A DNA stretch of 61,921 bases, counting the filler, from Limisphaerales bacterium (lineage in GTDB: Bacteria > Verrucomicrobiota > Verrucomicrobiia > Limisphaerales > SIBE01), in assembly GCA_044225505.1 (NCBI GenBank). It is 3 parts of 3 records of this genome, joined end to end, with 100 filler letters (N's around TTAATTAATTAA, not from the genome) between each part and the next. Parts side by side here need not be neighbours in the genome. Positions count along the whole stretch, not along the records: positions 20,711 to 41,345 come from JBGAIN010000150.1; 2 more parts are not named here. One strand, 5' to 3'. The position numbers and the translations under genes are program-made. Numbering within the stretch: position 1 is the first letter of the stretch; each line of letters begins with the position of its first letter. Shown piece by piece: positions 20,815 to 31,770 of the stretch. Under the pieces are notes generated by a model. The model saw only the letters and a list, made by a program, of their open reading frames with translations. It was not told the origin of the DNA and made no database searches.

Positions 20815-23800
20815 CTACGGTTTCTTGATAAGCCGGTAGAAGCTGGTTTTTCCTCCCAAATCAGCAGCATGCAGCGTGAGGGTTTTGACGCTGCCCGCAC
20901 TGGATGCGCCAGCGATGTTGACGTCGGTCCAAGAGCCTGCCGCCAGGCTTGAGCTGGTCTGGAGGACAAAGCCCGTGTCCGGAAGGGTCCAGCTAAGAGC
21001 GTAGCCGGCAGCTTCTCCGGCAACTTGGATGCTGTCCGGCGCGGCCGCTTGTTTGACCCAAGTCCAGGCCCGTCCGCCCCCGGCGGGATTCAAATCAGGA
21101 CCAGGAAAAGAATCATCGATAGCGGCGGCGCGAGGTGTCCCCTCGATCTGAATTCGGCCAAACTCAGCGGACTGTCCGACTTGATCGGGTGTATTGGCCT
21201 GAACTCCGAAAAACGCGGTGACTTTACCGCCAAACAGCAATGGCAACGCGCCGCCATCGGGGATGGTGATGGCGCTACTGGCGCCGTTGGGAGCCGTCAA
21301 AGTGACTCCGGAATCGTTCACAAAGCTCATGCTCCAGGTGCCAATGACACCGGACGCGCTATCCACTTGCCCTAGAGTTCCTGCGCTATACAAGAAGGCG
21401 TTCGCTGAGGGCTCGTTGGTTTTATATCGGAACCAGCCGGTCGCCGTTCCGTCGGGCAACGCTTGGATATCGAACATGACGATATTCGGGTCTTCGTAAT
21501 CCGGCGCGACATTCCCGGAAGTGTCAGGCACCAGGAAGATGTGAGCCTGAAAACCGGCGAAGGCCGTTCCCGGAAACTTCGTGAGGGTCAGCGCATAGGT
21601 GACAGGATTGGCACCGGCACCAATCCAACCGTAATCACTCGAGGTCGTCTCGGTGGCGATACTCTGGCGATCGTATTGGCCAGGAGCCGCGGTCAAGGTC
21701 AGTCCGCCGTGAACGGGCGCAATGGACAATTCGGGCGAGGCCGCTGGAGGCAACGGAGCGACCGTGGTGAGTTCCACCGTCGCTTCGGCTGGAGCACTCT
21801 TGGACACAGCATCACCGACGATCAACTCAAACCGGAGTCTCGCCGCCGCGGTCAGCGTTGTTGTCTCGAATGACGGTTGGGCCGAGTCCGGGTTTTTCAA
21901 TGTCACGGGCGGGCCGTCAATCTGGCGCCAAGTGTAGGTGAGTGCGTCGCCGTCCAAGTCGTAGCTGGCGCTTCCGTCCAGGGTGACGGTCTGAGGTTCC
22001 CCCAATACCAGAAGGCTCGGGGCCGAGGCCAAGGCCACGGGCGGTCGGTTGGGCTGTGCGGCGAGCGGCCCGAGCGCTGCGGAAGTCCAGGTATTCGGAT
22101 GGTTCACGTCGGCGGCGGGTGGCCAGATTTTGACCTGCGCAAAGAGGTTAGGGAAATAGTGAACGATCATGAAGCCGGACTCATGATTCCAACCTGCCAG
22201 CAAGGAATCCGCAATGCGCAACTCGGCGCTCCACGCTCCATCCCCGAGCACTACCGCGCCCGTGAAACCGGATGCGACCGGCTGCACCACCATTCCAGAG
22301 CCGTTGCCCGCGACCTGAGACAGGATTCCGTCTTCGCTAATGCCAAATCCAACGTCAGAACTCTGCGAGTTGGCGTCACGACTGCCATCGAGGTCGAAGT
22401 AGATGCCGACCGAAGCGGGAAGGTTCGGTGTGGTGGTATAGGCGAGATCGGTAAAGGCGACATACAAATAGCCGCCGCTATGGACCAGGCGCACGTCGGT
22501 CGGCGTCCGGTTTCCATTGTTGGGGCGGATTCGCACCAAAGCAGCGGTGGCATAGGCCGCGTCAGCCGCAAGCCCGTCCAGAACCGGAGCGGGACCCTCG
22601 GGAATTTCCACGGGCAAAACGCGGAGCTGCACATTGGCCGATCCAGTTGCCCCATCACTGTCCGCGGCGGTTACCGTTAGGTCGTAGGTCCCCGGCGCGA
22701 GGCTTCGCAACGTCAGATTCTCACCCACGCCCGATCGCGACTCGGGTCCAGCGAGGGCCCAGTGGATCGCGCTGGGGTCGAGGCTCCCGTCGTCTGGGTC
22801 ATAGGCAATGGCACGCGCGTTGATCGGCGCGGTGCTGGGGAAGGCTTGCTGATTGCGCACGCCGTGGATCTGCAAGATCGGCGCTTGTTTTGGTAAGGCG
22901 AAAGGCTCGGTAATGGCGATTTCCGTATGCAGGCCATCGGTCGCGAGGACGCGCAGCCGGCACTGGGCGCCGCCCCGGAGCAAAGTGGTGCTTACGACCA
23001 TTCCTGGAGAAGGATCGCGCACTTGCAGCGCTTGCCACGTGGCGCCGTCATCGTTGCTGAATTGAGTGGTGAACAAGAGTGCATCCCCGTCCGCGTCGGT
23101 CCCTGTCCAAGATAGTCTGAGCGTATGCGCATCCAGATCGATCACAGGCGCATCAAGCTTGAGAACGGGCGAGTTCGCGCCCGCGACGATTTCAGCCAAG
23201 ACTTTGCCTTCGGTCACCAGTTGAATGCGCGTGACGCCTTCGACGTAAGGAACCGCTTGGGAAAAGCGCAAGACCTCCGCGGGTCCTTCCGAAGTCGAAC
23301 TCACCGCCACGGGCTGCTCGAGTAATGGGGCCGCTTGAGGGTCGCCGAGCAAGCGCAGTCGATAAGGTGCATCAACAGGGAGCGCGGCCGCGGCGTCGAG
23401 CGACCGCTGCACTTTAACCGGATCCAACGTGCCTGCGGGATACTGCCAGGCCGGGAGCAAAACGGCCTCGCCAGTTTCGGGATAGATCGTCCCGGTCACG
23501 CGGAAGATAGCTGGGTGCGGCCCGATCATCGCGGGCGCAGCTGGGACGTTGGCCAGGGCGGCATGAGTGCCTCCGGTCGAATCCCCGAGAGAGGAGACTC
23601 CCGCTGGAATCGAAGCGACCAGGGCATTCCAGCTGAACGGCGAAACCCAACGCGGGCTGCCGTAAGTCATCATGTCCGCGGAGGCACTGGGAAGAATCAG
23701 CGTGTCGGTCAGCCAATCATAGCCGATCGGTGCCCCGGCATTGGTCAAGTCCGTGATGCCCAGGGTGCAGGGGTCTTGCCCACCGGGTTCGACGTCTAGA

Positions 23801-25932
23801 TCCCCGGCGGGCTTGTTCGTTCCGCAGCCGGTTGGCGAGGTCGTTTGGTCGATGTGTTTCCGTCCGTAGTTATGGCCGAGCTCGTGGGCCAAGGTGTGAC
23901 CTCCGACGATTGACCCCCAGATTCCACCACGACTACCGACAGCATCCATACGCAAGATCAGGCTGTTGCCAGGGCGTTCTCCCAAGCCGTTGAAGTTTTC
24001 CACCCCAGGCGGGAACATCCCAGCCCAGTGCACATCCGTACAACCAGGCGGGTCGTGGCTATCTTCCTGGGCTTCGTCGAGTTCGTCCAAAGCCTGATCG
24101 GCGTCGCTGGGGATATCGAACGAACGATCTTTGAATCCCAGGAGAGTGAATTGCGGTCGGACGACGGCACCGGGGCTAAAAAACGTTTTCAGATGATCCA
24201 GCGGAAGCATTGAATTAGCGCGGTCGACGATTGCTCCGAATCCAGAGTTAGGGGCGAACATGTCATAATTGGGGATCGAACTGCGCATCGTCTTGAAGAC
24301 CACGCAAGGCCGGCGTGGAGCGACGATCGTGAGCGTTGCGGCTGCGCTGTTATTGTTCAGGGGCCCGACCCCTGTTTCCGGAACGCTCCCCGTTGGATTA
24401 ACAGTAAACTCCAGGCGTAAGGTCCCCACTTGAGCCAGCCACTCATCGGGAAGTTGGAAGTTGAAGCTGCGACTAAGATTGGCGCGTAAGGTCGGGAGAT
24501 CCGACGCCGTGTCCACGACCGCATCGCTGTAAGGATAAATCGGCGAGACGGGAAGTTCCGCGCCGTTCAAAAACCCGCGCAACTGCGCGTTCGGCGCGAA
24601 GTTGCCCAAACCGGTGGTGTTCTTGAGCAACTGGGCATAGGCGCGGACGATGGTCCCTTTATATGCGACCAGCGGGATCGAGTTGTTGTAATCCTGAACG
24701 GTTTGCACCGCTTCCAGCCCGATGGCACGATAATCCAACTCCAGTGCCGGAGCGTCTGTTTTGATCTTTCGAATTTGGTTGCCGTTAGCCCAATAGAGCC
24801 ATTGCCGGTCAGAGCGCAAGTTACGGCCTTCCTGCTGCACAGCGATCGTGGCGTAATCGGTAACACCAAAAAAACTGCCATTGGATGGCGCTCCGCGGCG
24901 CAGGAGTTGCGAGTTGGGGAGGTCCAACCGACTGGCAAACAGTCCGCTTCCAGGCGTGACGGGAGTTTGGGTCAGGAAGATGCGGTCGCTATCGACGGCC
25001 ACGCCGGTGATTTGGAGATTGATGTCTCGTGTATCATAGTCCGTATAGGTGCTGCCGTTTCCCAGATCAAACGCCACCAATTTTCCTGACCCACGATTGT
25101 TCGATAGGTTCGCGCCGGTGGCAGCATAGATGACGGAGGTGTGGCGGAGCTGGATGAAAATGGGCCCTGAGACGTCGTGAGTTTCCTCACGCACCGCGAT
25201 GTCGGTCACGTTATTGGCGACGAACGTAGGACCAGGCCGTTGGATGGCCGGGTCCAAGACGTATTTCCAAACGCTGCCGTCGTTGGCGAGCAACACGAGA
25301 TAATAGAAATCCGGCGCGTCGGACTGCGGCACGCGGGTGACGACCATTTTCTTGGCGAGGCCAACCCCCTGGAAGAGGATTTCGTCGCCACCGCCGGGAG
25401 GTCCGTTCAAGGCCTTGATCCGGACCTGGCTTTGACCGCCCTGGACCACCGACCAGAGCAGCGTGTTGCCATACTGCAGCATGGCGCCGACTTGACTGTA
25501 GCTCACGCCACTAAAGTCGATGCCCAACGCTGACTCCGCCTGTCCGAAGATCGGTCGACGGAAGATGCGCAGTCCAAGGCTATTTCCGAAAAAGAACAGA
25601 TCGGAGTCGGTCCGGACCACGCCGTTCAGGGTGGATGTGACCGAGGGGGAGAGCACCGCGTTAAACGTCCGTGAGGGCCGGACGGTTAACCCGACGCCAG
25701 GCAGTGCGGAGCGAATCGCAATAATGCCGTCCGTCCGACGAATCACCTCGTCGCCAGGATAACCACCTGTCCACCAAACGAGGCCATTCCCGTAGAGATC
25801 GAAGCCATCAACCGTTCCCGCCGACGACGTGTCGACGACGACCGGCGCCGCCCGCAAGGAAGCAATGGTTGACAAGGCCATCAGCAACCCGATGACGAAC
25901 CGGCTGCGCAAAGAGGAGCATTTTATATTCAT
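20815..25932 (-). CDS. Large secreted zinc metalloprotease (metzincin) with Ig/PKD-like and CBM9/DOMON-like modules
   Basis: Signal peptide; AHELGHNYGRKH (HExxHxxGxxH) and ADMMTYG Met-turn; VTLDGSASYDLDGDALTYTWRQ PKD-like; APVLDG…WSAELRI CBM9-like. Confidence 0.8.
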   Translation of the reverse strand: MNIKCSSLRSRFVIGLLMALSTIASLRAAPVVVDTSSAGTVDGFDLYGNGLVWWTGGYPGDEVIRRTDGIIAIRSALPGVGLTVRPSRTFNAVLSPSVTSTLNGVVRTDSDLFFFGNSLGLRIFRRPIFGQAESALGIDFSGVSYSQVGAMLQYGNTLLWSVVQGGQSQVRIKALNGPPGGGDEILFQGVGLAKKMVVTRVPQSDAPDFYYLVLLANDGSVWKYVLDPAIQRPGPTFVANNVTDIAVREETHDVSGPIFIQLRHTSVIYAATGANLSNNRGSGKLVAFDLGNGSTYTDYDTRDINLQITGVAVDSDRIFLTQTPVTPGSGLFASRLDLPNSQLLRRGAPSNGSFFGVTDYATIAVQQEGRNLRSDRQWLYWANGNQIRKIKTDAPALELDYRAIGLEAVQTVQDYNNSIPLVAYKGTIVRAYAQLLKNTTGLGNFAPNAQLRGFLNGAELPVSPIYPYSDAVVDTASDLPTLRANLSRSFNFQLPDEWLAQVGTLRLEFTVNPTGSVPETGVGPLNNNSAAATLTIVAPRRPCVVFKTMRSSIPNYDMFAPNSGFGAIVDRANSMLPLDHLKTFFSPGAVVRPQFTLLGFKDRSFDIPSDADQALDELDEAQEDSHDPPGCTDVHWAGMFPPGVENFNGLGERPGNSLILRMDAVGSRGGIWGSIVGGHTLAHELGHNYGRKHIDQTTSPTGCGTNKPAGDLDVEPGGQDPCTLGITDLTNAGAPIGYDWLTDTLILPSASADMMTYGSPRWVSPFSWNALVASIPAGVSSLGDSTGGTHAALANVPAAPAMIGPHPAIFRVTGTIYPETGEAVLLPAWQYPAGTLDPVKVQRSLDAAAALPVDAPYRLRLLGDPQAAPLLEQPVAVSSTSEGPAEVLRFSQAVPYVEGVTRIQLVTEGKVLAEIVAGANSPVLKLDAPVIDLDAHTLRLSWTGTDADGDALLFTTQFSNDDGATWQALQVRDPSPGMVVSTTLLRGGAQCRLRVLATDGLHTEIAITEPFALPKQAPILQIHGVRNQQAFPSTAPINARAIAYDPDDGSLDPSAIHWALAGPESRSGVGENLTLRSLAPGTYDLTVTAADSDGATGSANVQLRVLPVEIPEGPAPVLDGLAADAAYATAALVRIRPNNGNRTPTDVRLVHSGGYLYVAFTDLAYTTTPNLPASVGIYFDLDGSRDANSQSSDVGFGISEDGILSQVAGNGSGMVVQPVASGFTGAVVLGDGAWSAELRIADSLLAGWNHESGFMIVHYFPNLFAQVKIWPPAADVNHPNTWTSAALGPLAAQPNRPPVALASAPSLLVLGEPQTVTLDGSASYDLDGDALTYTWRQIDGPPVTLKNPDSAQPSFETTTLTAAARLRFELIVGDAVSKSAPAEATVELTTVAPLPPAASPELSIAPVHGGLTLTAAPGQYDRQSIATETTSSDYGWIGAGANPVTYALTLTKFPGTAFAGFQAHIFLVPDTSGNVAPDYEDPNIVMFDIQALPDGTATGWFRYKTNEPSANAFLYSAGTLGQVDSASGVIGTWSMSFVNDSGVTLTAPNGASSAITIPDGGALPLLFGGKVTAFFGVQANTPDQVGQSAEFGRIQIEGTPRAAAIDDSFPGPDLNPAGGGRAWTWVKQAAAPDSIQVAGEAAGYALSWTLPDTGFVLQTSSSLAAGSWTDVNIAGASSAGSVKTLTLHAADLGGKTSFYRLIKKP

Positions 25933-26123
25933 AACGGTGCACGGAAACTGAATCTGTCCCCGCAGCCGGAGCCCCGAGACCTGGCGGATCGACTGCCTTC
26001 TCCCAACCATTCCCATCAACTACTGAATAGAAAGGCCATGGAGATTACAGACTATCTTTAAATCAAGGAGCGCCTGTGACTTATGGAGCGAGGTTGTGTC
26101 CGTGCGGGTTCCGCGCATGGAGC

Positions 26124-27605
26124 TTACGTTCCGGCTCTCGGCGTCGAGGATTTCGCCGCCGCAAGGCGACGCCACAAGTAGTAGACGGGCACTCCGGCCA
26201 AGACGATCGCGACGCCGGGCCAGGTATTGCCGCGAGTTTTGGGTGAGACGAGCAAATCCAAGGCGATGGCCGAGGCAATGGCGATGTAGAGCGCGGGCAC
26301 AACTGGATACCCGAAAGCGCGATAGGGGCGTTCGGCGGCCGGCTGAGTACGTCGTAAGACAAAGACTCCGAGAATCGTCAGCACGTAGAATACCAGCACG
26401 GCAAAGATCACGTAATCGAGCAAATCACTGTAAGTCCCGGACAACGTCAGCACGCACGCCCAGACGCATTGAAGAATCAGACCATTTCGCGGCACGGCGT
26501 TGCGATTGAGAGCGCCGACCTGGGAAAAGAACAGGCCATCCTGGGCCATGGCGTAGTAAACCCGCGCCCCGGCCAAAACCATCCCATTAATACAACCGAA
26601 AGTGGAAACCATAATCAGGGCCGCCATCAGCGCTGCTGCACTGGGTCCAAAAATGACTTCCATCGCCGCCGTCCCAACTCGGTCATTCAAGGCAAACTGA
26701 ATGCCACGCTCGACCGTGTTCGTTCCTCCCGCGGATCCATGTAATGGCAGAATCACCAGATATGCGAGGTTCGCCAGGAAATAGAGCAGGCAAACCCCAG
26801 TCACCCCGAGAAAAAGGCTTAAGGGTAAGTTCCGCTTCGGGTTGCGAACTTCTCCCGCAGTGAATGTCACGTTATTCCAGGCGTCGGCGGAGAAGAGGGA
26901 GCCTACCATAGCGGTCCCGATCGCTAGCAGGAGAGCCCAGGCGGAGAGAGGAACAGCGTTGGTTCCTCCGGGCGTGGCTGACCAGGCGTCGCGAAAGTTG
27001 GAGGAGATTGCGGTCGAGCTGACACCGACAGTCAATCCGATGGCGACCAATCCGATCAACGCGACAATCTTGGTGACCGTAAAAAGGTTCTGCACAAGTT
27101 TGCCCGTCTTTAGTCCAGTCGTATTCGACCAGGTCAGGAGGATCAGCACGCCCATCGCGACACAACGCGTCGGGGAAAAACCAAAACGGCCGGTTTGCAC
27201 GGTATCGGTCAGGCTGGGGATCAGGACACCAAGGAATCGTGCGAAAGCCACGGCGACGGCCGCGATCGTCCCGGTCTGAATTACCAGGAAAAGCGTCCAA
27301 CCGTAGAGAAAACCCCAGAGCGGACCGTAGGCTTCGCGCAGGTAGATGTACTGCCCGCCCGCCCGCGGCATCATAGCCGCCAGTTCGCCATAACTCAGCG
27401 CCGCGAAGACCGTCAGAATCCCGGTCAGTCCCCATACCGCCAGAAGCCAACCCGCCGCGCCGACCTGCCGGGCGATGTCGGCGGAAACAATGAAAATGCC
27501 CGACCCAATCATCGAGCCCGCCACGATCATCGTGGAATCGACCAAGCCCAATCCTCGCACAAACTGATTGCGCGCTGGCGGATCGATTAGAGTTGGATCG
27601 GTCAT
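26124..27605 (-). CDS. APC family amino acid permease (LAT-like)
   Basis: GSMIGSGIF, SYGELAAMMPRAGGQYIYLREAYG, ARVYYAMAQDG, RPYRAFGYP. Confidence 0.93.
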   Translation of the reverse strand: MTDPTLIDPPARNQFVRGLGLVDSTMIVAGSMIGSGIFIVSADIARQVGAAGWLLAVWGLTGILTVFAALSYGELAAMMPRAGGQYIYLREAYGPLWGFLYGWTLFLVIQTGTIAAVAVAFARFLGVLIPSLTDTVQTGRFGFSPTRCVAMGVLILLTWSNTTGLKTGKLVQNLFTVTKIVALIGLVAIGLTVGVSSTAISSNFRDAWSATPGGTNAVPLSAWALLLAIGTAMVGSLFSADAWNNVTFTAGEVRNPKRNLPLSLFLGVTGVCLLYFLANLAYLVILPLHGSAGGTNTVERGIQFALNDRVGTAAMEVIFGPSAAALMAALIMVSTFGCINGMVLAGARVYYAMAQDGLFFSQVGALNRNAVPRNGLILQCVWACVLTLSGTYSDLLDYVIFAVLVFYVLTILGVFVLRRTQPAAERPYRAFGYPVVPALYIAIASAIALDLLVSPKTRGNTWPGVAIVLAGVPVYYLWRRLAAAKSSTPRAGT

Positions 27606-27623
27606 GAGGCAGAAGAATCGGCG

Positions 27624-29177
27624 CTAGCGAACAGGGGGCCGGTTCTCATCCGCCGGTTGAGCGATGGCACGTCGAAAGCCATAAACAAAGTAAAACACAA
27701 GTCCGACCGCCAGCCAGGCGAAGAACCGGATCCAGGTCACCGTTGGCAATTCCCACATCAACCAGAGACAAGAAACGATGGCGCCCAAGGGCACCCATGG
27801 AAAGAGCGGCGTTCGGAAGGGGCGCGGTCTTTGCGGCTCGATAATCCGGAGGACGATGACACCCACTGCGACGAGGACGAACGCAAACAAGGTTCCAATG
27901 TTACACAGTTCGACAACCTCGTTGATATTGGAAAACGCCGCAAATAGCGCGACCACGACGCCGGTCAGGATCGTCGTTACGTGCGGAGTCCGGTAGCGCG
28001 GATGAATCGCTCCTGCCCACTTGGGCAGCAGTCCATCCCGAGCCATTGACAAAAAGATTCGCGGCTGTCCCAACTGATAGACCAGAAGCACGGAAGTGGT
28101 CGCAAAGACCGCTCCGATAGAAATGAAAGCGGCCATCCAATTCAGGCCGCGCTCGCTAAACGCTTTGGCCAACGGATCAGCGACATTTTGGAAGAGCTCC
28201 CAACTTACCATTCCAGTCAGGACGAGTGCGACAGCAATGTAAAGCACCGTGCAAATCACCAAGCTGGCAATGATCGCCACAGGCAAATTGCGCTGCGGAT
28301 TGATTGTTTCTTCGCCTGCGGTCGAGACCGCATCGAACCCGATATAGGCGAAAAAAATAATGGCGGCGGCGCTGGAAATCCCGGCCCATCCGTGCGGCGC
28401 GAAAGGATGCCAATTCGCCGGTTGAGTATAGAACGCGCCGACGGCCACAAACACGCCCACCACCAACAGCTTGACGAGGACCATCGCGGTGTTGAATCGC
28501 GCACTTTCTCGGATACCGATTACGAGCAACCAGGTGATAAAGGCAATAATCATGATTGCGGGCAGGTCAAAGACGATGGGGAGACCGAAGAGTCTCGGAG
28601 CTAACGCGTAAGCCTGCGCGTCGTTCCGCACGGTCGCATCCAGGGTTGACAGGTCAACGTGGGCTGCCGCCGCGGCCGTTACCTTCATTGAAGCCTGCAG
28701 AGCGGTCCGGTAATCCACGGCCAACCAGGCGGGCCATGGGACATGGATTCCGGCCAACAAACTTGTAAAGTAATCCGACCACGAGATGGCCACAGCGACA
28801 TTGCCGATGGCATATTCCAGAATCAAATCCCAGCCGATGATCCACGCAACCAATTCTCCCAGCGTCGCATAGGCGTAAGTGTAAGCCGAACCGGCCACAG
28901 GGACCATCGCCGCAAACTCCGCATAGCACAGCGCGGCAAACCCGCACGCTATGGCCACCAGAGCGATCGAGAGAGCCAGCGCCGGACCGGCCCCCAGATG
29001 CTCTCCCCCACCCGCCGCCGCCGTTCCAATGGTTGAGAAGATTCCGGCACCTACAATGGCGCCAATCCCCAGAAACGTGAGCTGCAACGGGCCGAGCGTT
29101 CGTCGCAACCCGTGTTCCGAATGGTCCTGTCCCGCCAGAATGGCATCGATCGATTTCCGTTGGAACAGTCGGCTCAT
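27624..29177 (-). CDS. APC family amino acid permease (cationic/CAT-like)
   Basis: GAIVGAGIF, CYAEFAAMVPVAGSAYTY, FFAYIGFDAVST, NIGTLFAF, RPFRTP. Confidence 0.93.
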   Translation of the reverse strand: MSRLFQRKSIDAILAGQDHSEHGLRRTLGPLQLTFLGIGAIVGAGIFSTIGTAAAGGGEHLGAGPALALSIALVAIACGFAALCYAEFAAMVPVAGSAYTYAYATLGELVAWIIGWDLILEYAIGNVAVAISWSDYFTSLLAGIHVPWPAWLAVDYRTALQASMKVTAAAAAHVDLSTLDATVRNDAQAYALAPRLFGLPIVFDLPAIMIIAFITWLLVIGIRESARFNTAMVLVKLLVVGVFVAVGAFYTQPANWHPFAPHGWAGISSAAAIIFFAYIGFDAVSTAGEETINPQRNLPVAIIASLVICTVLYIAVALVLTGMVSWELFQNVADPLAKAFSERGLNWMAAFISIGAVFATTSVLLVYQLGQPRIFLSMARDGLLPKWAGAIHPRYRTPHVTTILTGVVVALFAAFSNINEVVELCNIGTLFAFVLVAVGVIVLRIIEPQRPRPFRTPLFPWVPLGAIVSCLWLMWELPTVTWIRFFAWLAVGLVFYFVYGFRRAIAQPADENRPPVR

Positions 29178-29446
29178 AGGGAACGCGTCCGCCTCGCCTC
29201 TCGGCCTACTATTGACGTGGAAACCGTTGCGCGCCCCCAACTTCGGTCCACCGACGCAGGTCGGCAGCGAGCGTCCATGCAGATTGGGATGAGATTGATG
29301 AGCGGTGTGAAAACGGAAAGCGAAAGACCTTGTTCTTGCGCAAAGGTGTCGGGCCTGGTTAGGCGTGCCACGGCGCTATGGTGCGGCAGAATCCGAGAGA
29401 ATTGCAAGGTTGCAATGCAGGCCGCAAGGGATAGATTGCCTCGCAC

Positions 29447-30316
29447 GTGAAGGTATCTTCCCAAAGGAACTCGAGATCTCGTTATTGGCGCGAGCACAGA
29501 GGCTTTACGTTAATCGAATTGCTGGTGGTGATCGCGATCATCGCTGTTCTGGCATCGCTCCTGTTACCCGCCCTGGCCAAGACGCGCGCGCGAGGCCAAG
29601 GCATTTTCTGCTTCAACAACTTGCGGCAATTAAACCTGGCTTGGTTGGTGTATGCGCAGGACAACAATGATCGCCTGGCCTACAACCTTGGAGCGACAGA
29701 AATTAAACAACTCCTCGCCGCACAGCAAACGCACAACTGGGCCAACAGCGTCCTGAATTGGGAACCCGACTCTGATAACACCAACATCCTGCTGAACACC
29801 GAAGCCAGCCTCGGCTCGTTTCTAGCGCGCAATCCCCGAGTTTTCCGGTGTCCATCAGATTCGGTCGTGAGTTCGGTTCAACGCAAGCTGGGGTGGACGC
29901 AGCGAACCCGTAGCATTTCGATGAACGCAATGGTCGGGGACGCCGGCGAATTCACCCGCAGCGGCACGAACGTAAACAACCCGTACTATCGGCAGTTCCT
30001 GAGATTAGGGGATTTCCAAGTGCCATCTTATACGTTCGTGCTGATCGAAGAACACCCTGACAGCATTAATGATGGATATTTCTTAAACCGCGCGCTTGAA
30101 AGTTCGTGGACGGATCTTCCCGCGTCGTATCACAACGGATCGGCCAATCTCTCGTACGCGGACGGGCATGTGGAATCACATCGGTGGACGGCGCCCAGCA
30201 CCCTTGCTCCGCCCAAGCCCGACGCTGCCGGCTTACCTTTTGCACCCGCTCCAGAGCAGCGAGGCGACTTGTCGTGGTTGATGCGGCGCACGAGCACCTA
30301 CCAGGACGTTGATTAA
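29447..30316 (+). CDS. Prepilin-type N-terminal cleavage/methylation domain protein with C-terminal H-X9-DG motif
   Basis: [51 protein letters not shown]. Confidence 0.92.
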   Translation: MKVSSQRNSRSRYWREHRGFTLIELLVVIAIIAVLASLLLPALAKTRARGQGIFCFNNLRQLNLAWLVYAQDNNDRLAYNLGATEIKQLLAAQQTHNWANSVLNWEPDSDNTNILLNTEASLGSFLARNPRVFRCPSDSVVSSVQRKLGWTQRTRSISMNAMVGDAGEFTRSGTNVNNPYYRQFLRLGDFQVPSYTFVLIEEHPDSINDGYFLNRALESSWTDLPASYHNGSANLSYADGHVESHRWTAPSTLAPPKPDAAGLPFAPAPEQRGDLSWLMRRTSTYQDVD

Positions 30317-31114
30317 GGCTGGAACCTCGGGATGACTCGTCCGGAATTGCCCCTGAATCCAGGCGGAGTCAGCGGGTCGGACAAGGCTTCGCAGGTAGTC
30401 CGATCCGGTAGCGGCAGCGACGAGGTAGAGCTTCCCGTTTTCAGTCCAACTGGCGGTTGCGAGGCCAGCCACTTGGGCCAACACAGGGGTTGGCCCCGGC
30501 GGACTTCCGTGCTGGATGGCCGACTGGTCAACGACAAACATATACAAAGTCTTATTCGTCAAACTGAAGCAGACCATGCCGACCGGATGCCCTTGCCACG
30601 ATAAGCTTGCCCCCCCTTTCACCGGCGTGGCGAGCAATCCTGCGGATAGATGGTATTCCGAAGGGATTCCCCGAGATTGGAGGTATTTGACCACCTCCGC
30701 AAAATCGTTGGTAACGATGTCCATGCGGTAAAGCCTGAGAGCAAAACCGACCATGCGAGAACGAAAGCCGGCGAAGTCAGCCTGATCATGAGACGATCCC
30801 GGACGCGCCCAGAGCATCGCGACAATCAAGGCCAGTCCAACACAGGCAGCCATAAGCCGCCATGCGGGTTGTTGCCAGATCGGGACGATGACTGGAGGTG
30901 GCACGAGCAGCCGCTCTCGAAGACCCGCTGGCAGGGGCAACTCCCGCAGGCGGCCGCGCACGGTTTGTTGAAACGCCTCCTGGTCTCGCAGCCAAGCCCC
31001 TAAGTCGGAGTCCTCACGTGCCAACTCCAGAGCCGCCTTCATTTCCGGATCTTCACGATCACTACAGTCCGGTCGATAGGCCAACAACAAGCGCTTTGCC
31101 ATTTCCCTAGTCAT
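30233..31114 (-). CDS. Membrane-anchored anti-sigma factor (DUF3379-like)
   Basis: Start overlaps the ECF sigma stop; cytoplasmic N-domain, one TM ([16 protein letters not shown]), periplasmic domain; 3' end overlaps the convergent prepilin gene by 84 nt. Confidence 0.75.
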   Translation of the reverse strand: MTREMAKRLLLAYRPDCSDREDPEMKAALELAREDSDLGAWLRDQEAFQQTVRGRLRELPLPAGLRERLLVPPPVIVPIWQQPAWRLMAACVGLALIVAMLWARPGSSHDQADFAGFRSRMVGFALRLYRMDIVTNDFAEVVKYLQSRGIPSEYHLSAGLLATPVKGGASLSWQGHPVGMVCFSLTNKTLYMFVVDQSAIQHGSPPGPTPVLAQVAGLATASWTENGKLYLVAAATGSDYLRSLVRPADSAWIQGQFRTSHPEVPALINVLVGARAPHQPRQVASLLWSGCKR

Positions 31115-31631
31115 TGGCTCCCTCCCGAATGAGTTGGCACTGCGGGTCCGCGAGCAGCTTCTGGAGCTGGGCAATGCCTCGTGATATCCTGGATTTGACA
31201 GTGCCTAAGGGAATTTCCAGGATCTGGCCGATCTCCTGATAGCTGTAGTCTTCGAGGTAGAACAAAGCGATGGGAGCCCGGAAAATCGGGTCCAGACGTG
31301 AGAGTGCGTCAAGAACAGCACCTCCATCCAGCTGCTCCGGACGAATCGGAGGAACATCTGGCAACTCCAACTCAGCCTCGGCAAGATCGAGATCGGAAAA
31401 CCGAGATTTACGTCGCCGCTGCTGCAAATACTCGCGATGCAAAGTCGTAAACAGCCAACTCTTCACCTTCGAAGCGTCCTGAAGCTGATGCCCTTTGCGA
31501 GCCCAAACGTAGAACGTTTGCTGAGTCAAATCGCAAGCGTCACTCTCACGATGAGTTAGACTCAATGCAAAACGGTACAACGACGGATAATAAAGGTTCA
31601 CAAGCCTTTCAAAATCCGTTTCGACAGCCAT
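31107..31631 (-). CDS. ECF RNA polymerase sigma factor
   Basis: DACDLTQQTF, KSWLF, YSYQEIGQILEIPLGTVKSRISRG. Confidence 0.95.
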   Translation of the reverse strand: MAVETDFERLVNLYYPSLYRFALSLTHRESDACDLTQQTFYVWARKGHQLQDASKVKSWLFTTLHREYLQQRRRKSRFSDLDLAEAELELPDVPPIRPEQLDGGAVLDALSRLDPIFRAPIALFYLEDYSYQEIGQILEIPLGTVKSRISRGIAQLQKLLADPQCQLIREGAND

Positions 31632-31649
31632 GCCTGTTCATAACACTAG

Positions 31650-31678
31650 ATAGGAGGCCAGGACAACCCTTTGGTTCC
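31650..31678 (-). promoter_or_regulatory. Putative autoregulatory ECF promoter
   Basis: GGAACC-N15-CCTCCTAT ending 18 nt upstream of the sigma ATG; twin motif faces the opposite way. Confidence 0.65.
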
Positions 31679-31770
31679 GCAAGGTCATTGCGATCGACGG
31701 AATCGTCAGTCGGGCCAATGAATAAAGATCGCAGGACGGGAAGGCGGCGAAAAAATATTTTGCTACGTCG

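Noticed and set aside
30233..30316. 84-nt convergent overlap of the anti-sigma and prepilin genes as antisense regulation
   Set aside because: The anti-sigma tail looks non-conserved; simple stop-codon drift is enough to explain it.
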